Shown here: positions 1 to 9,276 of the stretch, piece by piece
How positions within the stretch are numbered: the first letter of the stretch is position 1
How the letters are laid out: each line of letters opens with the position of its first letter
NCBI GenBank assembly: GCA_949284445.1
Contig: CASDVP010000007.1
Span: forward strand, 19,107 to 83,106
DNA length: 64,000 nt
Source: an uncultured Bacillota bacterium
Lineage (GTDB): Bacteria; Bacillota_I; Bacilli_A; RFN20; CAG-288
Reading direction: 5' to 3'
Position numbers and translations under genes: made by a program
Notes under the pieces: model-generated
What the model saw: only the letters and a program-made list of their open reading frames with translations
Databases searched by the model: none
What the model was told of the DNA's origin: nothing

Positions 1-1589
1 AGGTTGTATTAGGTGACTTTGTCAAGACTCCGATCATTCCTAAAGGAGAGACTAAACCTGTTACTTTAACTCTGAAAGTCCAGGATATGGCATCTTATGA
101 TTATTCTGATGCAAACGAAAATGGTTTTGCAACTTACGAATTAGATCCAGGAGATTATCAGATCAGTTTAAGAAAGAATGCCCATGAGGTTATCTCTACT
201 CTAAACTATAAGATCGATGAAGAGTATATCTATGGGACTTCAGTGACTGAACACAAGGTTGAAAACCGTTTTGATGATGTTTCTGAACATATCACTAAAT
301 ACTTATCTCGTTCTGACTGGGAAGGCACTTGGCCGACTAGACCGACTGCTCAAGATCAAGAAGTGACGCAAGAATTCATCAATACTCTCAATTATTCGGT
401 CGATGACAAAGAAACTGATCCTTGGTATTCAAGCACTGCTCCGAATCAGAGCAAAACTCAGCTGACACGTGATCAATGCAAAGTGAAGATCTATCATCTT
501 TTTAATAAAGATTATGATGATCCTTTATGGGATGAACTTTTAGATCAATTGACAGTCAAAGAGATGACGGATATGATCGCAACTGGTAATTTCAGAACTA
601 TCGCTATGGATAATATCAAGAAACCTTTGACGATCGATGGTGATGGACCGATGGGCTTTGCAATCTTTATGGGTGATGATTGTATCTATGATACTTGTCG
701 CTATGCTTCAGAATCAGTCGTCGCTGCTACTTGGAACAAAGAATTAGCTTATAGACAAGGCTTGATGGTCGGAAATGAAGGACTCATCGGAAATGAAAGA
801 GAAGATAGTACACCATATTCAGGCTGGTATGCACCGGCGGTTAATATTCACCGTTCACCTTTCGGTGGAAGAAACTTCGAATATTATTCTGAAGATCCTA
901 TCTTATCTGGAAAATTAGCAGTCGAAGTCATCAAAGGCGCTAAAGAAAAAGGCGTGTATACCTATATCAAACACTTTGCCTTAAACGAACAAGAAACTAA
1001 TCGCGATACTTCTGGTTTAGTGGTTTGGGCTAATGAACAGGCTATGCGAGAACTCTATTTTAAACCGTTTGAATTAGCAGTCGTCGAAGGTAAGACTTCA
1101 GCCATGATGTCTTCGTTTACCCGTATAGGTACGACTTGGGCAGGAGGCTGTTATGAATTATTGACTGAAGTTTTAAGAGAAGAATGGGGATTTAAAGGCA
1201 TGGTCATCACTGATTTCAACCTCAAAGCTTACATGAACACTGATCAGATGATCAGAGCAGGTGGTGATTTAAACTTATCACCTTCTAAGGCTCCGACAAA
1301 AACTTCTACTCCTACTGATATCACCAATATCAGAAGAGCGGCTAAAAATATTTTGTACACTGTCGCTAATTCAAATGCGATGAATGGTCAAGATGATTCA
1401 GTTATCTATGGATATAGACTACCAGGTTGGGTCACGCTCCTCATCGTTATCGATTCCGTGTTTGCAGCTGGAGCGCTTGCTTTAGGTGGTTTATGGTTTT
1501 TCTTCAAAATGCAGAATAAACAATTGAGGTTAGAAGGTGAACAAAACGAAACTGAGAAAGGAGAAACAGAAACAAATGAACAAAATTAA
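1..1589 (+). CDS. Glycoside hydrolase family 3 (beta-glucosidase/beta-hexosaminidase-like), 5'-truncated by the window edge. C-terminal TM anchor plus acidic/Lys-rich tail.
   Basis: The reading frame is open from nt 3 with no stop, so the Met at 87 is internal. The translation carries GH3 catalytic-barrel motifs (KHFALNEQE; GFKGMVITDF with the Asp nucleophile context). It is paralogous to the ORFs at 42882..45842 and 48530..51385, for example shared ...LTSYDY... and WYAP.VNIHRSPF.GRN.EYYSEDP. The last ~50 aa are hydrophobic (GWVTLLIVIDSVFAAGALALGGLWFFF). Confidence 0.8.
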   Translation, partial: VVLGDFVKTPIIPKGETKPVTLTLKVQDMASYDYSDANENGFATYELDPGDYQISLRKNAHEVISTLNYKIDEEYIYGTSVTEHKVENRFDDVSEHITKYLSRSDWEGTWPTRPTAQDQEVTQEFINTLNYSVDDKETDPWYSSTAPNQSKTQLTRDQCKVKIYHLFNKDYDDPLWDELLDQLTVKEMTDMIATGNFRTIAMDNIKKPLTIDGDGPMGFAIFMGDDCIYDTCRYASESVVAATWNKELAYRQGLMVGNEGLIGNEREDSTPYSGWYAPAVNIHRSPFGGRNFEYYSEDPILSGKLAVEVIKGAKEKGVYTYIKHFALNEQETNRDTSGLVVWANEQAMRELYFKPFELAVVEGKTSAMMSSFTRIGTTWAGGCYELLTEVLREEWGFKGMVITDFNLKAYMNTDQMIRAGGDLNLSPSKAPTKTSTPTDITNIRRAAKNILYTVANSNAMNGQDDSVIYGYRLPGWVTLLIVIDSVFAAGALALGGLWFFFKMQNKQLRLEGEQNETEKGETETNEQN

Positions 1590-2247
1590 AAAGATCAGTT
1601 GCGGTGCGTTGATGTTGTTAGCAGGATTATCACTCGTCGGTTGTACTGAAACTTCATCCGTCGATAGCGGTGTATTTTCAACACCTTTACCCACAGGTGT
1701 GAATGAATATGTCATGGAAGCTGAATACATCGACTTAACTGATGTCAAGGGTGCCGGATTATCTAGTGAACAATCCGGTGTCGATATGATTTATGGCGAT
1801 GGAACTGATGCTCAAAAAGAATTAGGTTGGAGTGAAGGCTACTATATCGGTTATACCTATAGTATTCAGACTAAATTAGATTTTGTTTTCACAGCTACAA
1901 CTGCTGAGACAGCGACTTTTGTCTTGAGACTAGGCTCTGAATTAGGAGATTTGAATATCACTCCTGATGATATGGAAGTCGCTTTAAATGGTGAACCTAT
2001 CAGCTACGGAAGCATATATGTTGCTAATAGTGAATCAATGGCTCAGATGAAGTTCTATGACAAAACTTGCGGAACTAATTTGAACCTTAAACAAGGCGAA
2101 AACACTTTGTCTATCAGCATCAAGGAAAATAGCCTTCGTGGAAATGGAACAGGTGGTCCTTGCATCGATTGCATCAAGATTCAAACTAAGGCAGAAGTAA
2201 AATACACAGCTCACACTGATAATCCAAGTAAACGTGGACAAATCTAA
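1576..2247 (+). CDS. Surface lipoprotein with a C-terminal beta-sandwich domain, putative carbohydrate-binding.
   Basis: The signal peptide has a lipobox (LLAGLSLVGC). GAAAGGAG lies 12 nt before the ATG at 1576, so I prefer that start over the track start at 1537, which overlaps the upstream gene by more than 50 nt. The C-terminal region (..LNGEPI..NLKQGENTL..GGPCIDCIKI) resembles the C-terminus of the 41841..42857 protein. Confidence 0.6.
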   Translation: MNKIKKISCGALMLLAGLSLVGCTETSSVDSGVFSTPLPTGVNEYVMEAEYIDLTDVKGAGLSSEQSGVDMIYGDGTDAQKELGWSEGYYIGYTYSIQTKLDFVFTATTAETATFVLRLGSELGDLNITPDDMEVALNGEPISYGSIYVANSESMAQMKFYDKTCGTNLNLKQGENTLSISIKENSLRGNGTGGPCIDCIKIQTKAEVKYTAHTDNPSKRGQI

Positions 2248-2275
2248 AAGATTATTGAGATAAAACTTTTCCTAA

Positions 2276-2310
2276 AATGACCACTGACTGAATAGCCAGT
2301 GGTCTTTTTT
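2276..2310 (+). terminator. Rho-independent terminator.
   Basis: Stem GACCACTG...CAGTGGTC followed by TTTTTTTT, directly after the lipoprotein stop codon. Confidence 0.7.
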
Positions 2311-2318
2311 TTGAGCTT

Positions 2319-2978
2319 TTATTTTTTGAAATTGATATCGCCTTTATAACTGGTTTTATATCCGGGATTTTCATCAGGTCTTAAGGCGTTAGGATATAAG
2401 ATGTCTTGCTTGATATCATTGGCGATCTTTTGAAGTTGACCATAGATGAAGTAAGGATCACTGATATCTTCCATGATGGCTTTAGTAGTATCAGCTGTGA
2501 TATAAATATCACCTACTTTACACATTCTTTCAATCAAACCAATTTTGAGGTTGATACTGGTGATAGAACTATAAAAGATGCTTTGAATATTTGAACCTAT
2601 CAAACCGTTTTTTATGATGATCCTTTTATCTGTAAAGGCGTATTCCTCTCTTCTTTGTCTTTTGCTAGCAGTTATGATACTGACTATCCATATCCAGACA
2701 GGTATGAGATGTAAGGAAAAGAAAATGACTAGTATCAAAATCAACCACCAATCTAGCTTTGGCATATTAATTGCAATCATAGCGATAGCAAAACCATCGA
2801 ACAATCCCCAGATCAAAGCGATGAAGAAAAACTTAAAAAATGCAGATAGAATGAATGATAGACGTTTAGGTTTACTTCTCCAAAGGATCTGTTCATCCGC
2901 TGATAAAACAGATTCGATAGTAGGATCATAATCGACATTATTCGATTTGATAAAGTACTTTTCATCGACTCTTTTCAT
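2319..2978 (-). CDS. Membrane protein with a bacterial PH-like domain (YdbS/YdbT, bPH_2/DUF304-like).
   Basis: Two TM helices are followed by FTDKRIIIKNGLIGSNIQSIFYSSITSINL...GDIYI, typical of bPH_2. The likely start is the internal Met (MKRVDEKYF); the track ORF begins 18 codons upstream. Confidence 0.55.
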   Translation of the reverse strand: MKRVDEKYFIKSNNVDYDPTIESVLSADEQILWRSKPKRLSFILSAFFKFFFIALIWGLFDGFAIAMIAINMPKLDWWLILILVIFFSLHLIPVWIWIVSIITASKRQRREEYAFTDKRIIIKNGLIGSNIQSIFYSSITSINLKIGLIERMCKVGDIYITADTTKAIMEDISDPYFIYGQLQKIANDIKQDILYPNALRPDENPGYKTSYKGDINFKK

Positions 2979-3072
2979 AATTCTCTTAGCCTCATAATTA
3001 TTGTAAAGGAAAAAGTAGAGTTGACAAAACACTTTTAACTATTTCTATGAAAGGTATTTAAAGTTTGCTACA

Positions 3073-4449
3073 TCAGTGTAAAGATGTTCTGATCAATTTT
3101 TTAAATAGATTAGATTTATAAGGCTGATATCTCATCGGCAAATCAATGATCTGTTTTTTATCGACAATACTTTTTAAATGGCTGAAAGTATCAAATCCGG
3201 TCTTTCCGTGGTATGAGCCCATTCCTGAAGTGCCAACTCCTCCAAAGCCCATCTCACTATTAGCCAAATGGATCACCACATCATTGACACAACCACCTCC
3301 AAAACTGACATGACTCAAAGCGTGGTCAATGATCTTTTTATCATTAGAAAAGATATAAAATGCTAGTGGAGTAGGATGCTTTGAAATGATGTCAAAAGCT
3401 TCATCGTAAGTTTTAAAAGTGATGATAGGAAGAATAGGACCAAATATTTCTTCTTGCATAACTTTATCTTCAAGAGTCACATCTTGTAATACAGTAGGTT
3501 CTATTTTTAATGTTTCTTCATCATAAGAACCACCGATGATCACTTTCTTTTCATCGATCAGATTTAAAAGTCGCTTAAAATGTTTTAAAGAGATGATTTT
3601 CCCATAGTCTTTATTTTTTAATGGCTCTGGACTGAATTGTTTGATCACTTCTTCCTTTAAATAGGTGACAAATTCATTTCGGATATCTTCTTGACATAAA
3701 AGATAATCAGGTGCGACACAAGTCTGTCCACAATTGAGAAACTTGCCAAATACGATGCGTCTAGCTGCTAACTTCAAGTTTGCAGTCTTATCGATAATAC
3801 ATGGACTTTTACCACCTAATTCTAACACACAAGGTATCAGATTATTCACAGTGCTCTTCAAAACTATTTGGCCAACATTTTGTGAGCCTGTAAAAAAGAT
3901 GAAATCGAATTTTAAGTTTAATAATTCAGTTGCAACACTAGCATCGCCTAAAACGACTTCTACTTCGTCTGGGCTGAAAGTTTCAGCGATGATCTTTTTA
4001 ATGATTGCAGAAGTGTTAGGGGAATATTCCGATGGTTTTAAGATGACAGTGTTCCCAGCAATCAATGCATCTACTAAAGGCTCTATAGAAAGTAAAAACG
4101 GATAATTCCAGGGGCTGATGATGAGGGTGTTTCCAAAGGGAGATGGTAAGACATAACTTTTTGAATAGAATTGGGATAGAGGAGTATGAACACGTCTTTT
4201 CTTAGCAAATGATCGACCATGTTTAATAAAATAGGTTATTTCAGATTTGACTAAGCCGATTTCAGACATGTAAGATTCAAATTGACATTTTCCTAAATCG
4301 GTTTTTAATGCAGCGCTTATCTCTTCTTCATATTTATCGATGATTTGATATAGTTTTTTTAGTTTCTTTATCCGTTCTTTAATGTCTAATGTAGAACCTG
4401 TTTTAAAGTATGTTCTTTGTTTTTCTAAAATAAGATTTAAATCGCTCAT
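3073..4449 (-). CDS. NAD(P)-dependent aldehyde dehydrogenase, ALDH3-like.
   Basis: 458 aa carrying the ALDH motifs LELGGKSP (catalytic Glu) and FLNCGQTCVAPDY (catalytic Cys). Confidence 0.85.
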   Translation of the reverse strand: MSDLNLILEKQRTYFKTGSTLDIKERIKKLKKLYQIIDKYEEEISAALKTDLGKCQFESYMSEIGLVKSEITYFIKHGRSFAKKRRVHTPLSQFYSKSYVLPSPFGNTLIISPWNYPFLLSIEPLVDALIAGNTVILKPSEYSPNTSAIIKKIIAETFSPDEVEVVLGDASVATELLNLKFDFIFFTGSQNVGQIVLKSTVNNLIPCVLELGGKSPCIIDKTANLKLAARRIVFGKFLNCGQTCVAPDYLLCQEDIRNEFVTYLKEEVIKQFSPEPLKNKDYGKIISLKHFKRLLNLIDEKKVIIGGSYDEETLKIEPTVLQDVTLEDKVMQEEIFGPILPIITFKTYDEAFDIISKHPTPLAFYIFSNDKKIIDHALSHVSFGGGCVNDVVIHLANSEMGFGGVGTSGMGSYHGKTGFDTFSHLKSIVDKKQIIDLPMRYQPYKSNLFKKLIRTSLH

Positions 4450-4645
4450 AACAGACCTCGTTAATCATATTCAAAGCAACTGATATTAAGTCTAAATGAC
4501 TTTTATATTATATAGAAATTATCGTTTGTATTCAAATTGTAAAGAACTTTTTATTATCAGTTATTTATGTATTTACAAATAAAATAAATTATCATATTAC
4601 AAATTTATAGCTATGCGGTATACTATTAAAAAAGAGGAGAGATAT

Positions 4646-5620
4646 ATGAAAAAATCTATCTTATATTTATGTTTGCCGTTACTGCTTTTAGGTTTAAGCT
4701 CTTGTGATTCTACTGGTGGTGGTTCTGACACTACCAATACCAAACCTATCAGTGGTACTAATAACAGCAGTGGAACGACTGAAAAACAAGCTGAAGATTT
4801 CACGATTAAAACTTCAGATAATGGCTTGTCTGCTGATACAAGCAGTTATACTTTTGCTAATGCTGAAGAAGGTGATGATTATCCAGATGCCGTTATCGCT
4901 TTGACAACTGATCAAACTTGGCTTCATTGCACGGGACTCAACGAAAACTACACCAAAATCATCATCGAAGATGAAACTGTTTTACCGAAGGATTCGGTCA
5001 CGATGCATACGGTCTTAAACAGAGATATCGTCGGTGCTAGTGGTTCAAATGATATCGACGGCATCAATTTGATCTTAGATAGAAAATTGATAAAGCCTGG
5101 TGATAGTAAATTAAAATTACAAGTCAGACCGTCAAATGGAAGCTCTTCTATCGCTAAGACAACCACTATTTGTGTAGATGTTCATGTCAAAGAATTCGGC
5201 ACGATTATGGTTGATACTTATGATGTTGATGTCAAAGTCAATCTTGATGGCTTAGCTGACACGATTAAAAAAGAATCTGAAAATCCTACCTCTATAACAT
5301 TAAGTATCACTGATTCATCAGATAGAGAAGAAGTTTATGGCTATTCTGCTGATTATAGTTCTCAAACTGATATTCCGTTAGCTGAGATCCCTGCTGAAAT
5401 CAGTGTATCTGACATCAAATATGCAGTAGGTCATACCTACAAAATGTTTATTTTTGTAGAAGGTGAAAAAGTCAGTGATAGAATTTGGCTTTCACTCAAA
5501 GCAAGTTCCACCACTGATGGCTATTCAATCAGATCTGAAAGTGCTAGTCAAAGCATTTTAGAAGTCACTAAAGACGGAGTCACTGTTGAAGCTGAAATAG
5601 ATACTTATCTAGCTTTATAA
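4646..5620 (+). CDS. Surface lipoprotein, hypothetical.
   Basis: AAGAGGAGAG RBS before the ATG at 4646. Signal peptide with lipobox LLLGLSSCDS. Ser/Thr/Gly-rich linker. Confidence 0.6.
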   Translation: MKKSILYLCLPLLLLGLSSCDSTGGGSDTTNTKPISGTNNSSGTTEKQAEDFTIKTSDNGLSADTSSYTFANAEEGDDYPDAVIALTTDQTWLHCTGLNENYTKIIIEDETVLPKDSVTMHTVLNRDIVGASGSNDIDGINLILDRKLIKPGDSKLKLQVRPSNGSSSIAKTTTICVDVHVKEFGTIMVDTYDVDVKVNLDGLADTIKKESENPTSITLSITDSSDREEVYGYSADYSSQTDIPLAEIPAEISVSDIKYAVGHTYKMFIFVEGEKVSDRIWLSLKASSTTDGYSIRSESASQSILEVTKDGVTVEAEIDTYLAL

Positions 5621-5653
5621 TTCAATAACTCTTTATTATCTTAAGTATCAGAT

Positions 5654-5702
5654 ACCGATGAACGCTCTGTTATCATCAAGAGATTCATCGGTATTTTTAG
5701 TT
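5654..5702 (+). terminator. Rho-independent terminator.
   Basis: ATACCGATGAA...TTCATCGGTAT stem followed by TTTTT. Confidence 0.6.
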
Positions 5703-5839
5703 GTCATGTTTTTTAAGATTAGAGTAAAAAATGAATTAGGCTATATTTAAAAAATGACAACTTATAATTATCAAAATTGCTAATAATTATTTGACTTTTG
5801 AAAAAGCTAAATTTATCATTTTATTAACTGAAGGGGGCT

Positions 5840-7612
5840 ATGAAAATGGATAAATTAGTCATTAATCTTAAAAGAATTCTTGAACTGAGGAATATACCTT
5901 ATAAACAGTTCTTAGTGGATATTTGTAGAGAAATTTTAGCTAATGAACCGACAAAATCAGAAAATACATGTTACGAAATGGCTGAAAAAGAAAAAGCTAA
6001 CTTTTCCAATATGCTTAAAGGCGCTAGACCGCTTAGTAAGGCTTTCTATATTCCGATAGAAAAAGTGCTCGGTATATCTCTAGCTTCAATTTGTGATGGA
6101 ACTTTTGAGAAAGGGCTATTTATAAATAAAGGGCTACGTTATACAGCTAGCTTAGATGATTATCAAAAATATTGTGAGCTATTTGAGGAAAAGAGCAATG
6201 ACCATGAAGTCATAAGAGAAGTATGGCAAAATTATGATGAATATGACAATAATCTTTTGACGTATATTTTACAATATCAGTCTTTAGAAGGCTTAAAAGC
6301 TTTGCATGATAAAAAGGGTGCTAAAGTTGATTACTGTAATACACATTTGAATATATTAAATGGCTTTAAAGATGAAGTTTCTGATATTCTCAGTCTTATT
6401 TGTTCAAAGGATTCAGATGAGGTTTTTAATCAATATTTTGATATTTATCAGACATTCATAGACAATTCGTTTGATAAAGATTGGCTTGGGTTGCTGTCAG
6501 ATGAAAAAAATATGGACCAAATCTTAAAAGCCCAGAAAATATTATCAAGTATTCTTAATGACAGAAAAGTCAAAGTTAGTGAGCTCAATCCACGAAGAGG
6601 GATTAATGATGAAAAAGAAGTTATGATAGCAAGTCCATATATCTATTATCTTTTGAACTTTGCACTTAAACATTGTGATACCTATTTAGAACAAGCAAAA
6701 CAGATGATTCGTCATGGAATTTCTTACAATAAAAAGCTGAATAAGTTTTTAGAAAATAATACTGATTATTCTTATTGTAGAATAGAGGATAATGGGACCA
6801 TTTATAATGGCGTCTTGCTTTATGGAAATATCATTACTTATAAACTGGAGACTCAGACAAATTTTGATCATGAAATAGAAATGCTACTAGATGATTTGAA
6901 TAAAACTATCAATGAGATAAAGTTTTATGATAAGCCTAAGACAGGTGGTCTCTCATTAAAAGGTGTAAGAATTGTAAATGGAAATTTATTGAAAGCTCAT
7001 TCTGGCAATGAAGTCGAATATGAGTTCTTACAAAAAGTTGAAAAATATGATTTACCATTCATTCCTAAGCTGATATCGGTTAACGATAAATTCGATACTT
7101 TTACCTATTTTAAAGGAAATTCTTTAAGCTATGATTACACAGATTCTTGTTCTTTAGAAATTATTAAACAAGTCATAGAAGCCATCAAAAAGAAAGATGA
7201 AGTTTCAAAGGAAATTCTTGGCAATAATAAAGTGTATGTCCATGCTGATCTTTCTCTTAGAAATATGATTTTTGATAAAAATGAGTTTGTTGGATTTATT
7301 GATTGGGATACTGCACATATCGGTGATGAAAGTGAGGATCTTATATATTCTATTTGGCAACTTTTAAATATAGGTAGTCTAACGAGAAATAATAATTTAT
7401 TGTATGATCGATTTAAGCAAGCAATATCTTTTTATAAACCTTCAAAGGAGCTCAAACATAATTTTGCTGATAAGATGATCCTAGTTATGAATAATGTCAT
7501 CAAAGGAACTTCAAACGATAATCCTAATTATCAACGCATATATGAATGGGTAGGTTGGAGCAAGATTTGGGTTGAATTATTTAGAGATAAGATTAAGCAG
7601 GATATCGGATGA
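5840..7612 (+). CDS. Fusion protein: N-terminal XRE-type HTH, a central helical region, and a C-terminal APH/CotS-like kinase fold (phosphotransferase family).
   Basis: The N-terminus (LKRILELRNIPYKQFLVDI...NMLKGARPLSKAFYIPIEKVLGISL) looks like an HTH_XRE domain. The C-terminus carries a Brenner-type catalytic loop (VHADLSLRNMIF) and an IDWD/DFG-equivalent (GFIDWDTAHIGDESEDL), as in aminoglycoside/choline kinase-like enzymes. The stop overlaps the next gene by 4 nt. Confidence 0.6.
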   Translation: MKMDKLVINLKRILELRNIPYKQFLVDICREILANEPTKSENTCYEMAEKEKANFSNMLKGARPLSKAFYIPIEKVLGISLASICDGTFEKGLFINKGLRYTASLDDYQKYCELFEEKSNDHEVIREVWQNYDEYDNNLLTYILQYQSLEGLKALHDKKGAKVDYCNTHLNILNGFKDEVSDILSLICSKDSDEVFNQYFDIYQTFIDNSFDKDWLGLLSDEKNMDQILKAQKILSSILNDRKVKVSELNPRRGINDEKEVMIASPYIYYLLNFALKHCDTYLEQAKQMIRHGISYNKKLNKFLENNTDYSYCRIEDNGTIYNGVLLYGNIITYKLETQTNFDHEIEMLLDDLNKTINEIKFYDKPKTGGLSLKGVRIVNGNLLKAHSGNEVEYEFLQKVEKYDLPFIPKLISVNDKFDTFTYFKGNSLSYDYTDSCSLEIIKQVIEAIKKKDEVSKEILGNNKVYVHADLSLRNMIFDKNEFVGFIDWDTAHIGDESEDLIYSIWQLLNIGSLTRNNNLLYDRFKQAISFYKPSKELKHNFADKMILVMNNVIKGTSNDNPNYQRIYEWVGWSKIWVELFRDKIKQDIG

Positions 7613-8955
7613 TGAAAAACAGTATCAAAAAAATATTTCAAAACCTAAAATATTTTGATTGGCATTTATATTTTGTACTTATATTTGTCGCTTTATTTCC
7701 TGCTATTTTACAAACAGTCAGAACCTATTTCTTATCTTCGGCGATTGATGTCAGTGAGTTTGATATTTTAGGTCAAATGGAATGGTTTGACCTTTTCAAT
7801 GAATGTATCATCGCAATGTTGATCATTCCTTTATATTCCATACTTAATACGTTTTTAAAAAATGATTCTGATCTTTTTCCAAAGCAAGTATTTAAAGCAG
7901 GAATCACTGTCGTTATTGTTTATGGTGCATTTTCAGGAATCATGTATGCATATGCAAAAAATGTGGTCAGATTTATGAATCCTGATGAATTCAAAATCGA
8001 TCAAATTGTCAGCTATCTAAATATGGAAACAATCGCATTTGTGCTTGGCATCATCATTCAATTTGCAAATGTCTGTTTTATCATTCTAGGAAAAACACAA
8101 AATTTCTACATTTATACTATATTAAATTCTATTCTTCTCATTTTTACTGATTATTTGTTAATTCCCAATTACGGCGTAAATGGTGTCGCTTATTCAAACA
8201 TCGCAATTAATGGTGTGCTTGCTATAGGGATGATTGTCTTATTGGTGTCAGAACATAAAATTCAGCCAAGCTGGTTTGATAAAAAAGATAAGAAAATGTA
8301 TAGCGATTGGGCAAAGATAGGTAGTGCCTCTTTATTTCAATCCGTTTTGGACAATTTGATCTATATTCTAATGGTCGTAAAAATGGTTAATTCGGCATCT
8401 AGTGCTGGCAATTATTGGATAGCTAATAACTTCATTTGGTTATGGCTTTTAATCCCTGTTACAGCACTAGCCGAGATCATTAGAAAAGATTGCATAAACG
8501 GATATAACGGTTTGAAACAGAGCAATTATTATATGATATTATGCTTTATATTTATTATATGGCTTTATTTAATTCCTTCCTGGAAGCCATTCTTTCAAAA
8601 TGTAGAAAAATTGGAGAACTATTCTGAAATTTATGATATCACGTTTAAATTGTTTTGGTTTTATATTGCTTATGCTCTTTCTGTAGTTCCGGATAATATT
8701 TTTATTGGTTTAGGAAAAACTAAATATTCATTTCTTAATTCTTTTGTAGTCAATGTCATCTATTATGGTATTTTCTATTTGGCATATGTGACAACCGGTT
8801 TTAAGATGACAATTGATATCATCATCATGATGTTTGGATTTGGGATGGTAGTCCATTTGATTGTTAGTCTTCTTGAAGAAAAGATACTCTTAGTAAAAGA
8901 GTTACGTAACTCGAACAATAAGGAGGAGAATAACCTATTCATAAAAGGGGGTTAA
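7609..8955 (+). CDS. Polytopic membrane protein of the MOP (MATE/Wzx/MurJ-like) exporter superfamily.
   Basis: 448 aa with roughly 12 predicted TM segments. It contains the GVNGVAYSNIAINGVLAIGM motif. An ATGA overlap with the upstream kinase-like gene suggests translational coupling. Confidence 0.5.
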   Translation: MMKNSIKKIFQNLKYFDWHLYFVLIFVALFPAILQTVRTYFLSSAIDVSEFDILGQMEWFDLFNECIIAMLIIPLYSILNTFLKNDSDLFPKQVFKAGITVVIVYGAFSGIMYAYAKNVVRFMNPDEFKIDQIVSYLNMETIAFVLGIIIQFANVCFIILGKTQNFYIYTILNSILLIFTDYLLIPNYGVNGVAYSNIAINGVLAIGMIVLLVSEHKIQPSWFDKKDKKMYSDWAKIGSASLFQSVLDNLIYILMVVKMVNSASSAGNYWIANNFIWLWLLIPVTALAEIIRKDCINGYNGLKQSNYYMILCFIFIIWLYLIPSWKPFFQNVEKLENYSEIYDITFKLFWFYIAYALSVVPDNIFIGLGKTKYSFLNSFVVNVIYYGIFYLAYVTTGFKMTIDIIIMMFGFGMVVHLIVSLLEEKILLVKELRNSNNKEENNLFIKGG

Positions 8956-9237
8956 TACGAAGAAAGAGTAAATATATTTAGCAGCACTATTGTTTATCTT
9001 TTTTTAAATTTATTTCCTTTGTTTTTCATTAATCAAATCGTAATCTGATTTATCGCCTGCTTTTTAAGTATTGTCCCAAAACTTTAAGAAGTCCCAATAA
9101 GAAGTCTCAAATAGTATTAAACTCTTGCTAGAGTTCTTGCTTTTTATTTTCAAGGTTGCCTAAATAGTTATTTCTACTGCCTAATCTTTCATGAGCATCG
9201 TAGCTATTTTTCAATATTAAATATCGGAATATATACT

Positions 9238-9276
9238 TTATAACCGTAAAACTTTTAAATTTAAAAATTTTTACGA
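9238..9276. repeat. Degenerate copy of the palindromic element ATAACCGYAAAACTTTTAAATTTAAAAAYTTTTRCG. A second copy lies at 10519..10559.
   Basis: Sequence ATAACCGTAAAACTTTTAAATTTAAAAATTTTTACGATTAG. The 10.5-kb copy is a perfect 12-bp-stem hairpin. The two copies flank the ATPase gene at 9277..10491. Confidence 0.6.

Noticed and set aside
87-1589. Met at nt 87 as the start of the first GH3 ORF.
   Set aside because: The frame is open from nt 3 and the upstream residues align with internal sequence of the paralogs, so the gene is truncated by the window edge.
1537-1589. Track start at 1537 for the lipoprotein ORF (MNKTKLRKEKQKQ...).
   Set aside because: It overlaps the upstream GH3 tail by more than 50 nt and has no RBS. 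The Met at 1576 has a GAAAGGAG RBS and begins a canonical lipoprotein signal peptide.
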